From a virus (lineage: Duplodnaviria; Caudoviricetes): DNA of 64,000 nucleotides. Position numbers and translations under genes: made by a program. Position 1 is the stretch's first letter. Each line of letters starts with the position of its first letter. The notes under the pieces were generated by a model, which was given only the letters and a program-made list of their open reading frames with translations, did no database searches and was not told the origin of the DNA. This document shows positions 27,852 through 37,376 of this stretch, piece after piece. The DNA is taken from positions 34,219-98,218 of IMG/VR virus record IMGVR_UViG_2851775564_000002; one strand, given 5' to 3'.

Positions 27852-28373
27852 ATGGTAGATAATAAAGAATTTAGAGATATGGGGCAAAAACTTTTTAATT
27901 ATTTCAACAAGGATAAAAAGGTTAGTGTTCTAAACAAAAGGCTAGAAATTTTGAAAAAGCAAATATCTGAAATAGAGTACAAGTTAAGAAATATTGATAT
28001 AGACCTCCCCGAAGAATCTAAATCAATTACTTATGAAGAGAGAGTGCAGACAAGTCCTACAGGCGAAAGCTATACCGAGAGGACTTTACTGCGTATAACC
28101 GACAAGTTGTTAAGAGAACAGTCTTGGAAAAAAGAACAGACCGCTGATATAGAAGAAACTATTAGGAATATTGAAGCAGACAATGCATTTATTGAAGCTA
28201 ATATAAAAGACTTAAGGGCTGAGGACCAGGAGTTTTTAAAAGAGAGATATAAGTATGGAAAAAAAGATTGGCAGTTGGGAATGGAGTTTAATATGTCTCC
28301 AGGAGGAGCTACTAAAAGAAGGCACAGACTTGTTGAAAACATAATTGATTGGGATGTATGGGTTAGTGCATAA
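27852..28373 (+). CDS. RinA/ArpU-like late transcription activator
   Basis: ITYEERVQTS, coiled coil, C-terminal sigma region 4-like HTH; end of replication module. Confidence 0.75.
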   Translation: MVDNKEFRDMGQKLFNYFNKDKKVSVLNKRLEILKKQISEIEYKLRNIDIDLPEESKSITYEERVQTSPTGESYTERTLLRITDKLLREQSWKKEQTADIEETIRNIEADNAFIEANIKDLRAEDQEFLKERYKYGKKDWQLGMEFNMSPGGATKRRHRLVENIIDWDVWVSA

Positions 28374-28534
28374 AATGAAATTTGGATAAACAAGTATAAA
28401 TATTACAGGTTAATGCCAGATGGTCAAAAGATGTTCTATTCAGTTGAGCATATTGGGAAATATACCGTTGAAGAAATAGAAAAGGCTTTTAAAAAAATAA
28501 GTTAGCCAGAATCAACTAGCCAACTTATAAAGTA

Positions 28535-28897
28535 TTATTTTATAAAATGTTTTACTATATCGGGGGCTTTTTCTATTAACACTGGTAAACTTACGGAAGC
28601 TAAATGTTTAGTTGCATCTTTTAATTTAGACCAAACTTTATCGTCTCTAATATTTGATATATAAATATTACCTTCCCAAGATAAGCCAGCAATATCTTGA
28701 GGAGCATCATCAGCATAACTAACTGAATTGACTAAATTAGCTTGATCAATTTGTCTTACATGATAATTAATAACATCCGAGCTGTATTTTTGTAATTTAG
28801 ATTTTAAATCAGAAACAGAAACAAAAGGGTATTCATCAGTTGTGTGTTCTTCAATATAAAGAAGAATGTCTCGTATACAGTCATTATTTAAACGCAT
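28535..28897 (-). CDS. DUF2513 family protein
   Basis: MRLNNDCIRDILLYIE..YH..L.WEG..Y..NIRD..VW. Confidence 0.85.
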   Translation of the reverse strand: MRLNNDCIRDILLYIEEHTTDEYPFVSVSDLKSKLQKYSSDVINYHVRQIDQANLVNSVSYADDAPQDIAGLSWEGNIYISNIRDDKVWSKLKDATKHLASVSLPVLIEKAPDIVKHFIK

Positions 28898-28920
28898 AAT
28901 ATCACTACCTTTCTAGGTGA

Positions 28921-28949
28921 TAATTCTATAAAAGTAAAACAAACCCTTT
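28921..28949 (-). promoter_or_regulatory. SigmaH-type promoter
   Basis: AAAGGGTTT-N11-ATAGAATTA. Confidence 0.6.
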
Positions 28950-29044
28950 GGAAGAATATAGAACGAAAAGTAAGTATATTTAAAATTATAAATATTAATG
29001 CATAAAATGAAATTTTAACGAATCAAAATTAAGGAGGAATTTAA

Positions 29045-29263
29045 ATGAGTAAATGTAAAAAGGAATTTGAATGCGGTGGAAATTGTTGGATGAATGTCGC
29101 TGGTGATGGAGCTGTTTGGGATGTATTATCCGACCATTGTACAGGAACTTCAAAAGAACAAAAACTTATGGATGATTTTTTTAATGGAAGAAAAAACAAA
29201 GAGAAAGTATATGCAAAGTTTAATCTTTCAGAAGCAGAAAAATTAATTATAGAAAATAATTAA
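29045..29263 (+). CDS. Hypothetical protein
   Basis: RBS AAGGAGG within linker repeat. Confidence 0.6.
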   Translation: MSKCKKEFECGGNCWMNVAGDGAVWDVLSDHCTGTSKEQKLMDDFFNGRKNKEKVYAKFNLSEAEKLIIENN

Positions 29264-29299
29264 GTACTCATTTCAAAGATTTTGTTTATCAATATATCA

Positions 29300-29375
29300 G
29301 GAAGTAATGAGTAAGTAGGTAGTAATCAAATTGGAACTACAAAGGAATTAAAATCTTGCCAAAATGTAATATAAT
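29300..29375 (+). promoter_or_regulatory. Putative activator-dependent late promoter with 11-bp phased repeats
   Basis: G(G/T)AA at 29300, 29311, 29322, 29333, 29344; TATAAT at 29370. Confidence 0.55.
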
Positions 29376-29437
29376 AAATATATAGGCGAGTGAGCCTAAA
29401 TAAAATAAATTTAATATAAATGTACTGTGTTTAATAC

Positions 29438-29473
29438 AGAATAAGCACCTAGGCAATACTTGGTGCTTTATTC
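29438..29473 (+). terminator. Intrinsic terminator
   Basis: AAGCACC...GGTGCTT stem plus T-rich tail. Confidence 0.65.
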
Positions 29474-29627
29474 ATAGAATATTAAAAAAATATATATAAA
29501 CAAGTAACAAAAATTACACAAAACCATAATATTTACTATATATAATAATAATTGTCCTAAGGAAATAACCCTTACAGAAAAAATTGAAAAGTGTATAATA
29601 AGTTCCCTTTATTATATAAATAAACTT

Positions 29628-29660
29628 AAGCACTAGGTGATTATACTGGTGCTTATTTTT
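29628..29660 (+). terminator. Intrinsic terminator
   Basis: AAGCACTAG...CTGGTGCTT plus T run. Confidence 0.65.
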
Positions 29661-29717
29661 ATGCCTATAAATAAATGGATGCGAACTAATTTCACATCCA
29701 TTTAACTAAGATAATTG

Positions 29718-30122
29718 TTAGCTTTTAATATTAAGTTTTTCTTTAAGAGCTGATTGAATAACTTGTGAAAAATTTATACTATTTTCTTCGGCTAAATTTT
29801 TCAACCATTGAGGCATAGTAACAGTTGTTTTAACAGAAGTATTTTGAATAGCTTCACGATATAATGGCATATAAACATCTACTAGTAAAGGGATCTCATT
29901 TTTATTGACTTTAATTCTATCTATTGGTGATGGGTCGGGTATTTCAATATTATCTTCTTCCATACCAAATAAGTGTAGAGCTAAAACTTCTTTAGCATTT
30001 TTAACAGCTTCATTCATATTATCAGCATTTGAAACACAACCAGGTAAATCAGGAAATGTGATACCTATATTGTCTTTATATTGAGTTAATATAGCTGGAT
30101 AAATATAAACATCTTTTTTCAT
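29718..30122 (-). CDS. hicB: HicB antitoxin
   Basis: YPAI..FPDLPGC.S..EA..NAKEVL; C-terminal TVTMPQWL..INFSQ. Confidence 0.93.
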   Translation of the reverse strand: MKKDVYIYPAILTQYKDNIGITFPDLPGCVSNADNMNEAVKNAKEVLALHLFGMEEDNIEIPDPSPIDRIKVNKNEIPLLVDVYMPLYREAIQNTSVKTTVTMPQWLKNLAEENSINFSQVIQSALKEKLNIKS

Positions 30123-30181
30123 GTTTGTTTAACCTCCTATGGGAATAATATATATTAAACTTTCAAGGGAAAAGGGAGGGA

Positions 30182-30373
30182 TTAAGTAAATTTAATCCCT
30201 GTTTGTTTTTGAATACTCTTTATGTTATTTAAGCCTATGTCTTTAACTGGATGTCTTACTGTTGTTAGTTGATGACCGTCGGTATATTGATAATGGTCAC
30301 CAATTATTCTTTTTAAATACCATCCATGTTTTTCAAGTATTTTAATCACTTCCCTTGATGAGTAAGATTTCAT
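30182..30373 (-). CDS. hicA: HicA mRNA interferase toxin
   Basis: K.LEKHGW..R..GDH..HP.KDI; TTGACA promoter with ACACG/CGTGT inverted repeat upstream. Confidence 0.92.
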   Translation of the reverse strand: MKSYSSREVIKILEKHGWYLKRIIGDHYQYTDGHQLTTVRHPVKDIGLNNIKSIQKQTGIKFT

Positions 30374-30475
30374 TTATGTCCCTCCCTGTAATTACAGAAT
30401 AACACGCCTTAAAAGACGTGTCAATGATTATTATATATATTGGAATAAGTGGAATAAAATCTAATTAGAAGATAG

Positions 30476-30667
30476 GTGAGAGGTGTGAAAGTTCAAAAAA
30501 TATTAGAGGTACAGCAATCAGATAAACATAAGAAATTAAAAGAAAATAATAAAAAGAAGTCTGGGAGAGGTAAACAAGAACACCTCTCCTTTTCTGATAT
30601 TTTGGAACTAATGAAACATAGTTCTTATAGAAGAGGTAAGGGTGGAGCTATTAAGCAAGTGAGGTGA
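30476..30667 (+). CDS. Small basic phage protein
   Basis: LM.HSSYRR.KGGAIKQ motif; RBS. Confidence 0.6.
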   Translation: MRGVKVQKILEVQQSDKHKKLKENNKKKSGRGKQEHLSFSDILELMKHSSYRRGKGGAIKQVR

Positions 30668-30673
30668 ATATTA

Positions 30674-30961
30674 ATGTTACCTGAAAGTATAAAAATAGGT
30701 GGAATAGATTATAGGATTAAATTAGTTGATATATGTGATGAAGGTAACTTAAATGTTGATGGGAAAATAGTTTTTCCTACACAAGAGATCAGAATAAAAA
30801 AAGGTTTGGAGGAACAATATGGAGAGAATATTTTACTACACGAAATAATACATGGTATATTTGAATTCTGTGGATGGGAGCAAGATGAAGAAAGTATAAC
30901 AAGGTTATCTAATGCTTTATATCAAGTTTTAAGTGATAATGATATTTTTAAAGTAAGGTAG
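30674..30961 (+). CDS. Small HExxH zinc-metallopeptidase-like phage protein
   Basis: LLHEIIHGI..E. Confidence 0.7.
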   Translation: MLPESIKIGGIDYRIKLVDICDEGNLNVDGKIVFPTQEIRIKKGLEEQYGENILLHEIIHGIFEFCGWEQDEESITRLSNALYQVLSDNDIFKVR

Positions 30962-30983
30962 CTGGCAATTTATTTAGGTTATA

Positions 30984-31163
30984 TTAATCTTCCTTTGTTA
31001 CTCCTTTAAATGGTTTACTATTTGAAGTTTTATTGTTTATAAATTTACCAGTATTTGAGTCTCTTTCGACCCATGAATTTGTTTTAGGATTATGAGTTTG
31101 AGAACGCCCTTTAACTGCACCTTTACGATATCCTTTACCTGTGTTTCCACCTATGGCAATCAT
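30984..31163 (-). CDS. Small basic conserved protein (start uncertain)
   Basis: RKGAVKGRSQ..NP.T..W..RD..TGKF..PFKGV; track start at 31205 lies inside the promoter. Confidence 0.6.
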   Translation of the reverse strand: MIAIGGNTGKGYRKGAVKGRSQTHNPKTNSWVERDSNTGKFINNKTSNSKPFKGVTKED

Positions 31164-31194
31164 CTCCTTAATAAGCCAGCTACCTTTTAATCCA

Positions 31195-31259
31195 ATATTC
31201 AACACTTCGTGTTAAATTCCTGCTAATTTGGAAGGAATTTTGGGAACTGTGACGAATAT
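31195..31259. promoter_or_regulatory. Back-to-back sigmaH-type promoters
   Basis: Minus GCAGGAATT-N11-GTTGAATAT; plus GAAGGAATT-N11-GACGAATAT. Confidence 0.65.
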
Positions 31260-31279
31260 ATGAGTATGATATTAAGGAG

Positions 31280-31795
31280 ATGTATGTTTTGGATAAAAAG
31301 GTTATTGAAAGTTATTACAGATATGCAAATGAGGAATTAGATATCAATAAGCAAGAAAAATTTGATAATATAAATAATGAGAAAGAATTAAATTTGAAAC
31401 TCTTTGATTTGATTGAGCATATTAATACCAAATTCGATTGCAGAGATTTATATGGTAAAGTAAAAGTACATAATATTCCATATAGTCTTCTGAGTATAAG
31501 AATATATTTTAATAACAAATTGAAATTATGTGAGAAAAGAGAAAAAAATATTGATTATAGTTTATTTGTTGCATTTTTAGCAACAGGCATATCGATATTA
31601 GTGACTATGGCATTTAAGGCACTTGAAATTAATGTAATCTATTTTTTGTTTGATGTTATTTTGATTTTATTTATTTCGGGTGTTCTTTATTATGCCACAA
31701 GTAGACTTAAGCAAGGGTTACTAAATAAAATAAGGATTCAGTGTACATTTTATGAATTAGTTTTAAATATTTTAAATGAGAAAATTAATAATTAA
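31280..31795 (+). CDS. Two-TM membrane moron protein
   Basis: Two hydrophobic helices; very AT-rich; own promoter. Confidence 0.65.
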   Translation: MYVLDKKVIESYYRYANEELDINKQEKFDNINNEKELNLKLFDLIEHINTKFDCRDLYGKVKVHNIPYSLLSIRIYFNNKLKLCEKREKNIDYSLFVAFLATGISILVTMAFKALEINVIYFLFDVILILFISGVLYYATSRLKQGLLNKIRIQCTFYELVLNILNEKINN

Positions 31796-31876
31796 GTTAG
31801 ATATTGGCGAATGATAGTTAAAGGGCATTGTTTCTTTTTGTAAAAATAATAGGTAAAAGGAGAGTGGTGGTTTATT

Positions 31877-32281
31877 ATGGATAAGAAAGGACTTATAAAT
31901 ATAATAGGAAAATCAGATGAAAAAGATTGGGATTATAACAGAGACGAGGAAATTTATATATTTAATCTAAATAAAAATGTAACCATTGAATTAGATATGG
32001 ACTATAAAGAAAGTTTGTGTGGATTATGGACTCACGCTTTTGAGAAAACAGACGCTGAAAAAGTTAGATTTTTCTTGTGTTTTAAATGAGAAAAATTAGA
32101 TACATTTTATGTTACAAAAGTAGATAATGATAGAATGTATATACCTAGAACGGATTCAAGTAATGACAAAGTATCAATAAGCTATATACAATATAATATA
32201 TGTAATATTTTAAACAAAAAGTATTATACAGTAGTAAATGACTATGAATATTATTTAAAAAAAGCGAAAATTTATGTATAA
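31877..32281 (+). pseudogene. 134-codon ORF interrupted by one in-frame TGA (32087-32089)
   Basis: Frame stays open for 63 codons after the TGA. Confidence 0.7.
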
Positions 32282-32389
32282 TGATCGATTAAATATCTCT
32301 AGAACCCTATATTAAGAATGTAAGATCCGATTATAAGGCTCTTTTCCAATCCAAAACAAAACGAATAGGCAGGTGGTGACAGTGTAGGG

Positions 32390-33289
32390 ATGCCAAGACA
32401 GAGAAGCCCGAATCGAGACAAAGCATTTGAGATTTATAAAGAGAATGATGGAAATATTGATTTAGTAAAGATTGCAGAGCTTTTGAATCTTTCACCTGGA
32501 ACCATAAGAGGGTGGAAGAATAAAGATAAGTGGGACAGTAAATTGAATGGAACGTTCCAAAAGAAAAGTGCAAAAAATACGGAACGTTTCAAACGTAAAA
32601 ATAATATCATAAATAAAGAGCCAGAGCTTGAAGAAGTTACTGAGGTATTAAACCCAGAACTTACCGATAAGCAAAGACTCTTTTGTATCTATTATCCTAA
32701 ATGCTTTAATGCAACTAAGGCTGCTATTAAAGCTGGGTATTCAAAAAATAGAGCCTCAGAAATAGGGTACCAACTACTACAGAAAACTACAGTTAAAGAA
32801 GAAATTCAGAGGCTAAAACAAAATAGGCTTAATAGAGCAATGTTAAGCCCAGATGATATCTTTCAAAAGTATATGGACATAGCATTTGCAGACATAACAG
32901 ATTATATAAAGTTTGGTCAAAGAGAATATAAAGTTAAAGATAAAAAGGGTAAGGAAAAGAAAATTAAGTATAACTATACTGATTTTAATAATTATGATGA
33001 AGTAGATGGTACTGTCATTTCAGAAGTATCACAAGGTAAGGATGGTATTAAAATTAAGCTTCAGGATAAGATGAAAGCCCTTGATTGGTTGTCTAAACAT
33101 ATGGATATGGCTACAGAAGAGCAGAAACTCAGAATTCAAAAGTTAAAGGTTGATATTAGTAATTCTAATGGTACCAATGAGTACGATAAAGAAGGTATTA
33201 ATAATTTCATAAAAGCTACTACATTAAATGAAGATGAAGTAAAAGAATTATTTAAGGATGATGAAAATGATGAAGGAAAAGAAGATTAA
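32390..33289 (+). CDS. Terminase small subunit
   Basis: PRQRSPNRDKAFEIY HTH; LTDKQRLFC..NATKAAIKAGYS. Confidence 0.92.
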   Translation: MPRQRSPNRDKAFEIYKENDGNIDLVKIAELLNLSPGTIRGWKNKDKWDSKLNGTFQKKSAKNTERFKRKNNIINKEPELEEVTEVLNPELTDKQRLFCIYYPKCFNATKAAIKAGYSKNRASEIGYQLLQKTTVKEEIQRLKQNRLNRAMLSPDDIFQKYMDIAFADITDYIKFGQREYKVKDKKGKEKKIKYNYTDFNNYDEVDGTVISEVSQGKDGIKIKLQDKMKALDWLSKHMDMATEEQKLRIQKLKVDISNSNGTNEYDKEGINNFIKATTLNEDEVKELFKDDENDEGKED

Positions 33290-34598
33290 AGGATTTAAAT
33301 TTCGGCCATTTTCATTAAAACAAAAAAAATTATTGTTCTTCTGGGAAAAAGGATCGCCATTTGCAGATAAGGACATAGTTATAGCTGATGGTGCTATAAG
33401 ATCAGGTAAAACTATTGCTATGATATGCAGTTTTTTAAGATGGTCACTAAAGCATTTTAGTGGTGAAAACTTTATTCTTACTGGAAAAACCATAGGAGCA
33501 CTTAAAAAGAATGTAATAGGACCTATGCAGCAGATATTAAATTCTTGGGGACTTAAATATGAATATAATAGGTCAGAAAATTATATTGTTATTGGTGATA
33601 ATACTTACTATATGTATGATGCTAATAATGAGAAGTCACAGGATAGGCTCCAAGGTTTAACAGCTGCAGGAGCATTAGCAGATGAAGTAGCTTTATTTCC
33701 TCAAAATTTTGTAGATCAAATGATAGGCCGTTGTTCAGTTGAAGGTGCTAAAATTTTTATGAATTGTAATCCAGGTTCACCTTATCATTTCATCAAAACA
33801 GAATTCATAGATAAATCTAAAGAGAAAAATATACTCTACATGCATTTTACTATGGATGATAACTTAAGCCTTTCAGAGAAGGTCAAGGAGAAATTCAGAA
33901 GAATGTTCACAGGAGTATTCTTTAAGCGTTATATATTAGGGTTATGGGTACAAGCCGAAGGATTAATTTATGATATGTTTGATGAAGTAAAGCATAAGGT
34001 ACAGACAATACTGAGAGATTACAAGGAATATTATATTAGCTGTGATTATGGTACACAAAATGCAACTACTTTTCTTTTATGGGGTAAGTATTTAGATAAA
34101 TGGTATTTGGTTAATGAATATTATTATTCAGGAAGAGATAAAGGAAAGCAAAAGGCTGATGATGAGTATTATGAGGATTTAGTTAACTTTGTAGGAAATA
34201 GAAAAATAAAAGCTGTGGTAATAGATCCAAGTGCAGCAAGTTTTATAGCTTTGATAAAGAAAAAAGGGAAATTTAAAGTTAGGAAGGCTAAGAATGATGT
34301 ACTTGAAGGAATAAGGAATGTAGCAAGTGCATTGAATGAGAGTTTATTACAATTTAATGACTGCTGTTTAAATACATTCAAGGAATTTTTCTCTTATATT
34401 TGGGATGAAAAAGCTGTTGAACATGGAGAAGATAAACCATTAAAGGTTATGGACCATGCCATGGATGCTGTAAGATATTTTGTTAATACAATTTTGTATA
34501 AAAATATTAATGATAAATACTCGGATAGTGTTTACAGTAAAGGCAGAGGTCTTAAAAGTAATATTTATCACAGAAGAAAAGGAGGCGCTGTATTCTAA
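33258..34598 (+). CDS. Terminase large subunit (PBSX family)
   Basis: GAIRSGKT Walker A, ALADE Walker B, CNP, DYG, IDPSA, DHAMDA.RY. Confidence 0.95.
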   Translation: MMKMMKEKKIKGFKFRPFSLKQKKLLFFWEKGSPFADKDIVIADGAIRSGKTIAMICSFLRWSLKHFSGENFILTGKTIGALKKNVIGPMQQILNSWGLKYEYNRSENYIVIGDNTYYMYDANNEKSQDRLQGLTAAGALADEVALFPQNFVDQMIGRCSVEGAKIFMNCNPGSPYHFIKTEFIDKSKEKNILYMHFTMDDNLSLSEKVKEKFRRMFTGVFFKRYILGLWVQAEGLIYDMFDEVKHKVQTILRDYKEYYISCDYGTQNATTFLLWGKYLDKWYLVNEYYYSGRDKGKQKADDEYYEDLVNFVGNRKIKAVVIDPSAASFIALIKKKGKFKVRKAKNDVLEGIRNVASALNESLLQFNDCCLNTFKEFFSYIWDEKAVEHGEDKPLKVMDHAMDAVRYFVNTILYKNINDKYSDSVYSKGRGLKSNIYHRRKGGAVF

Positions 34599-36049
34599 TG
34601 GATACTAGACAACAGTTGCTAGGATTGACAAATGCACAGTTAAAAGAAAGAAAACAATCTAAAAATGATTATTTTTATTACAAAGGGAAATGCCAGGATG
34701 AATCTTTAGCAATAAGTGATTCAGAAACCATTGGACAGTCATGGACAGTTAGTGATGATTTGGATTACGTACCAGCACAGGACATAAGAAACAAGGTGGG
34801 TCCGCTTCTCCGTAAACAGGCCAGGTTCATGTTTAGCATACCTCCTGATATTCTATTCAAGCCATATGATATAAAAGATAAATATAAATGCGAAGAACTA
34901 AGGCAGTTTATAGATAAAATACTTACTGATAACAGCTTCTGGAGTGATACTTTAAAGGCTTTTTTAGATTGTACTGTCAGAAGAAGAGTGCTTTTAAGAA
35001 TTGAAGCTAATCCCGAACAGCCAATAAATATTTTTTATAATCCTATAGATGACTTCACTTATAAAACCACATCAAGTAACTATAAAAGGTTACAACAAAT
35101 TATTTTAGTAGTTCAGGAACCGGACACAGCAGATCTAGAGCAGGACAAGCAAATATGGTATAGGCATACTTATAGCTTAGAAAATAACACCTGCATGCAC
35201 CAATTAGAGACATTTACTAATGGAAACTTTGATAAGCCAGTTTCTATAGAAATAGTAGATACAAAACTTGATAGACTGCCTGCATGGGTTATATTAAATG
35301 ATGCTATGCTTGGAGATATACATGGTAAAAGTGATGTAACAGATCTCAGAGATGCACAAAATAGCTATAACAGGAAAGTTTCTGACTATGCAGATGCCCT
35401 TAGATTCAATATGTTTGGAGAAAGGGTAATTATAGATGCTGATGAAAACAGCGTAAATAGTTGCAAGGTTGCTCCAGGAGCTATAATCCCTCTAAAAAGT
35501 GTAGATGAAGATCATAAAGCTGATGCAAAAAGGCTTGAAAGTTCATTTACCTCTGCCGATCCTGCTGAAAAATTTCTTGATAGAGCTGAAAAAGATATGT
35601 ATGAAACTTTAGATATGCCGAGACAGGAAGAACTTAAAAATGTTCCTTCAGCTAAGGCATTGAAGTATCTTTATAATGACCTGATAGCCAGATGTAACGA
35701 GAAATGGAATACATGGGAGCCAGTAATAAAAGATTTAATTAAGCTGATTATTGAGTGCTGCAGTAAGTTTAATTGTTATAAGAATTGGAATCATGAATGG
35801 GATGATTTAGAATTTAATATCGTGTTTAATCATAATTTCCCCATTCCAGAGGACATGGACGATAAAAAGATGTTGGCCATGAATGAGGTTCAAGCCAATG
35901 TAAGAAGTCATAAATCTTACATCAAGGACTTTTCAAATACTGAGGATGCAGACGGCGAGATGGATGAAATAATTAAGGATATATCTGATATTACTGCAGC
36001 TGAAAATGATGAAATGCAATCAACCCAGGATGGTAATTTAGATGAATGA
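34598..36049 (+). CDS. Portal protein (SPP1 gp6-like)
   Basis: Follows terminase; 483 aa; SAKALK motif. Confidence 0.85.
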   Translation: MDTRQQLLGLTNAQLKERKQSKNDYFYYKGKCQDESLAISDSETIGQSWTVSDDLDYVPAQDIRNKVGPLLRKQARFMFSIPPDILFKPYDIKDKYKCEELRQFIDKILTDNSFWSDTLKAFLDCTVRRRVLLRIEANPEQPINIFYNPIDDFTYKTTSSNYKRLQQIILVVQEPDTADLEQDKQIWYRHTYSLENNTCMHQLETFTNGNFDKPVSIEIVDTKLDRLPAWVILNDAMLGDIHGKSDVTDLRDAQNSYNRKVSDYADALRFNMFGERVIIDADENSVNSCKVAPGAIIPLKSVDEDHKADAKRLESSFTSADPAEKFLDRAEKDMYETLDMPRQEELKNVPSAKALKYLYNDLIARCNEKWNTWEPVIKDLIKLIIECCSKFNCYKNWNHEWDDLEFNIVFNHNFPIPEDMDDKKMLAMNEVQANVRSHKSYIKDFSNTEDADGEMDEIIKDISDITAAENDEMQSTQDGNLDE

Positions 36050-37376
36050 GTACCAAAGATTAATTAAGCAAGCCAGGGAGAACAGAGATAAGCTTACAAG
36101 AAAGCAGTTTAAACAAATTAGAGATTTATATAAAGAAGCTGCTAAGGATCTTCAAGTTAAAGCTGATAAGGCTAAAAAAGGAAGTTTAACAGAGAGATGG
36201 GCAAAAGACTATAAAAAAGCTGTAAAGTCTCAAATAAAGCAGATAAACAAAATTTTATTCAAACAGATTGTAGAAAATATTTTGAAAAGTGCAAGCATAG
36301 CCACAGGCATTCAGCTTGATTTCTTTAATCTTATAGATAAAAAGTATAGGTTAAATATGAGTAAATCATTTACTAATATGTTTTCTCAGGTACCTAGTGA
36401 TGCAGTAGAAGAGCTTGTTAAAGGCAATATCTATAAAGATGGTAGAGGACTTTCTAAGAGAATATGGTGGAGTGGTAATAAAGTAAATGGTGATATTGAT
36501 AAGATAATTCAAAAGGGCATAACTGAAAAAAAAAGTGCATATGAATTAGCTCAAGATCTTCAAAGCTGTGTTAACCCAGAAGCAAAAAAGGATTGGAAAT
36601 GGAAAAAAGTTTATCCAGGTACTTCAAAAACAATCGATTATTGTGCTCAAAGACTTGCTAGAACTTCAATAAGCCATGCTTATACTTTGGCTATGCTTAG
36701 AAGTTGCGAAAGGAATCCATTTATAACCAAGATTAGATGGCATAGTGTTTTTGCACCGGGTAGAACCTGTCCTTTATGTAAGGACAGGGATGGGAGAGAA
36801 TATTTGCTTAAAGATTGTCCTATGGATCATCCTAATGGACTATGTTATCAGGAGCCTTTACTGGATGATAGTTTAGAGAATATAGGCTCTAGGCTAAGAA
36901 ATTGGGTTGATGGTAATTCTAACACTATGTTAGATAATTGGTATAAGGAATATGGTGGCTATTTCAGTAATAATAATGGTTCTGTAAATATAAAAAACAG
37001 TAAAAGCAGTAATCATAAAAATGATGGTGCACAAGGTCAAAATAGTAGTAAAATAGATTTGAAAGGTAATTATAATCCTAAATATGCACAAAAGCTTAAT
37101 GATATGTATATATACTTTAGCAGCAATGGATTTGATGTTTCAGAACATGCTTTAAATAAGATAATGGGGAGAATTAGACAGGGAAGAATTGAAAGTAAAG
37201 AACAAATATTGGATACATTAAATAACGATTTTAATTATGTAGAACCTGATGGAACACAGGTTAAGGCATATAATGGAATATCAGCGCATTTTGATAAAGA
37301 TACTGGTAAGATAATAACTATAACACCGAGAAATAAGATTCCTGATGATTGGGAGGAGATAGACAATGACGAGTGA
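36042..37376 (+). CDS. MuF-like minor head protein with C-terminal putative RNase toxin domain
   Basis: RLART..AY, RTC.LC..DG, HPNGLC; N/S/K linker; SEHAL..GR..TGKIIT extension. Confidence 0.8.
   Translation: MNEYQRLIKQARENRDKLTRKQFKQIRDLYKEAAKDLQVKADKAKKGSLTERWAKDYKKAVKSQIKQINKILFKQIVENILKSASIATGIQLDFFNLIDKKYRLNMSKSFTNMFSQVPSDAVEELVKGNIYKDGRGLSKRIWWSGNKVNGDIDKIIQKGITEKKSAYELAQDLQSCVNPEAKKDWKWKKVYPGTSKTIDYCAQRLARTSISHAYTLAMLRSCERNPFITKIRWHSVFAPGRTCPLCKDRDGREYLLKDCPMDHPNGLCYQEPLLDDSLENIGSRLRNWVDGNSNTMLDNWYKEYGGYFSNNNGSVNIKNSKSSNHKNDGAQGQNSSKIDLKGNYNPKYAQKLNDMYIYFSSNGFDVSEHALNKIMGRIRQGRIESKEQILDTLNNDFNYVEPDGTQVKAYNGISAHFDKDTGKIITITPRNKIPDDWEEIDNDE

Noticed and set aside
32087-32089. TGA recoding (alternative code or selenocysteine)
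   Set aside because: Many genes here end in TGA, including ATGA overlaps; no clear SECIS-like hairpin follows; a point mutation is simpler.
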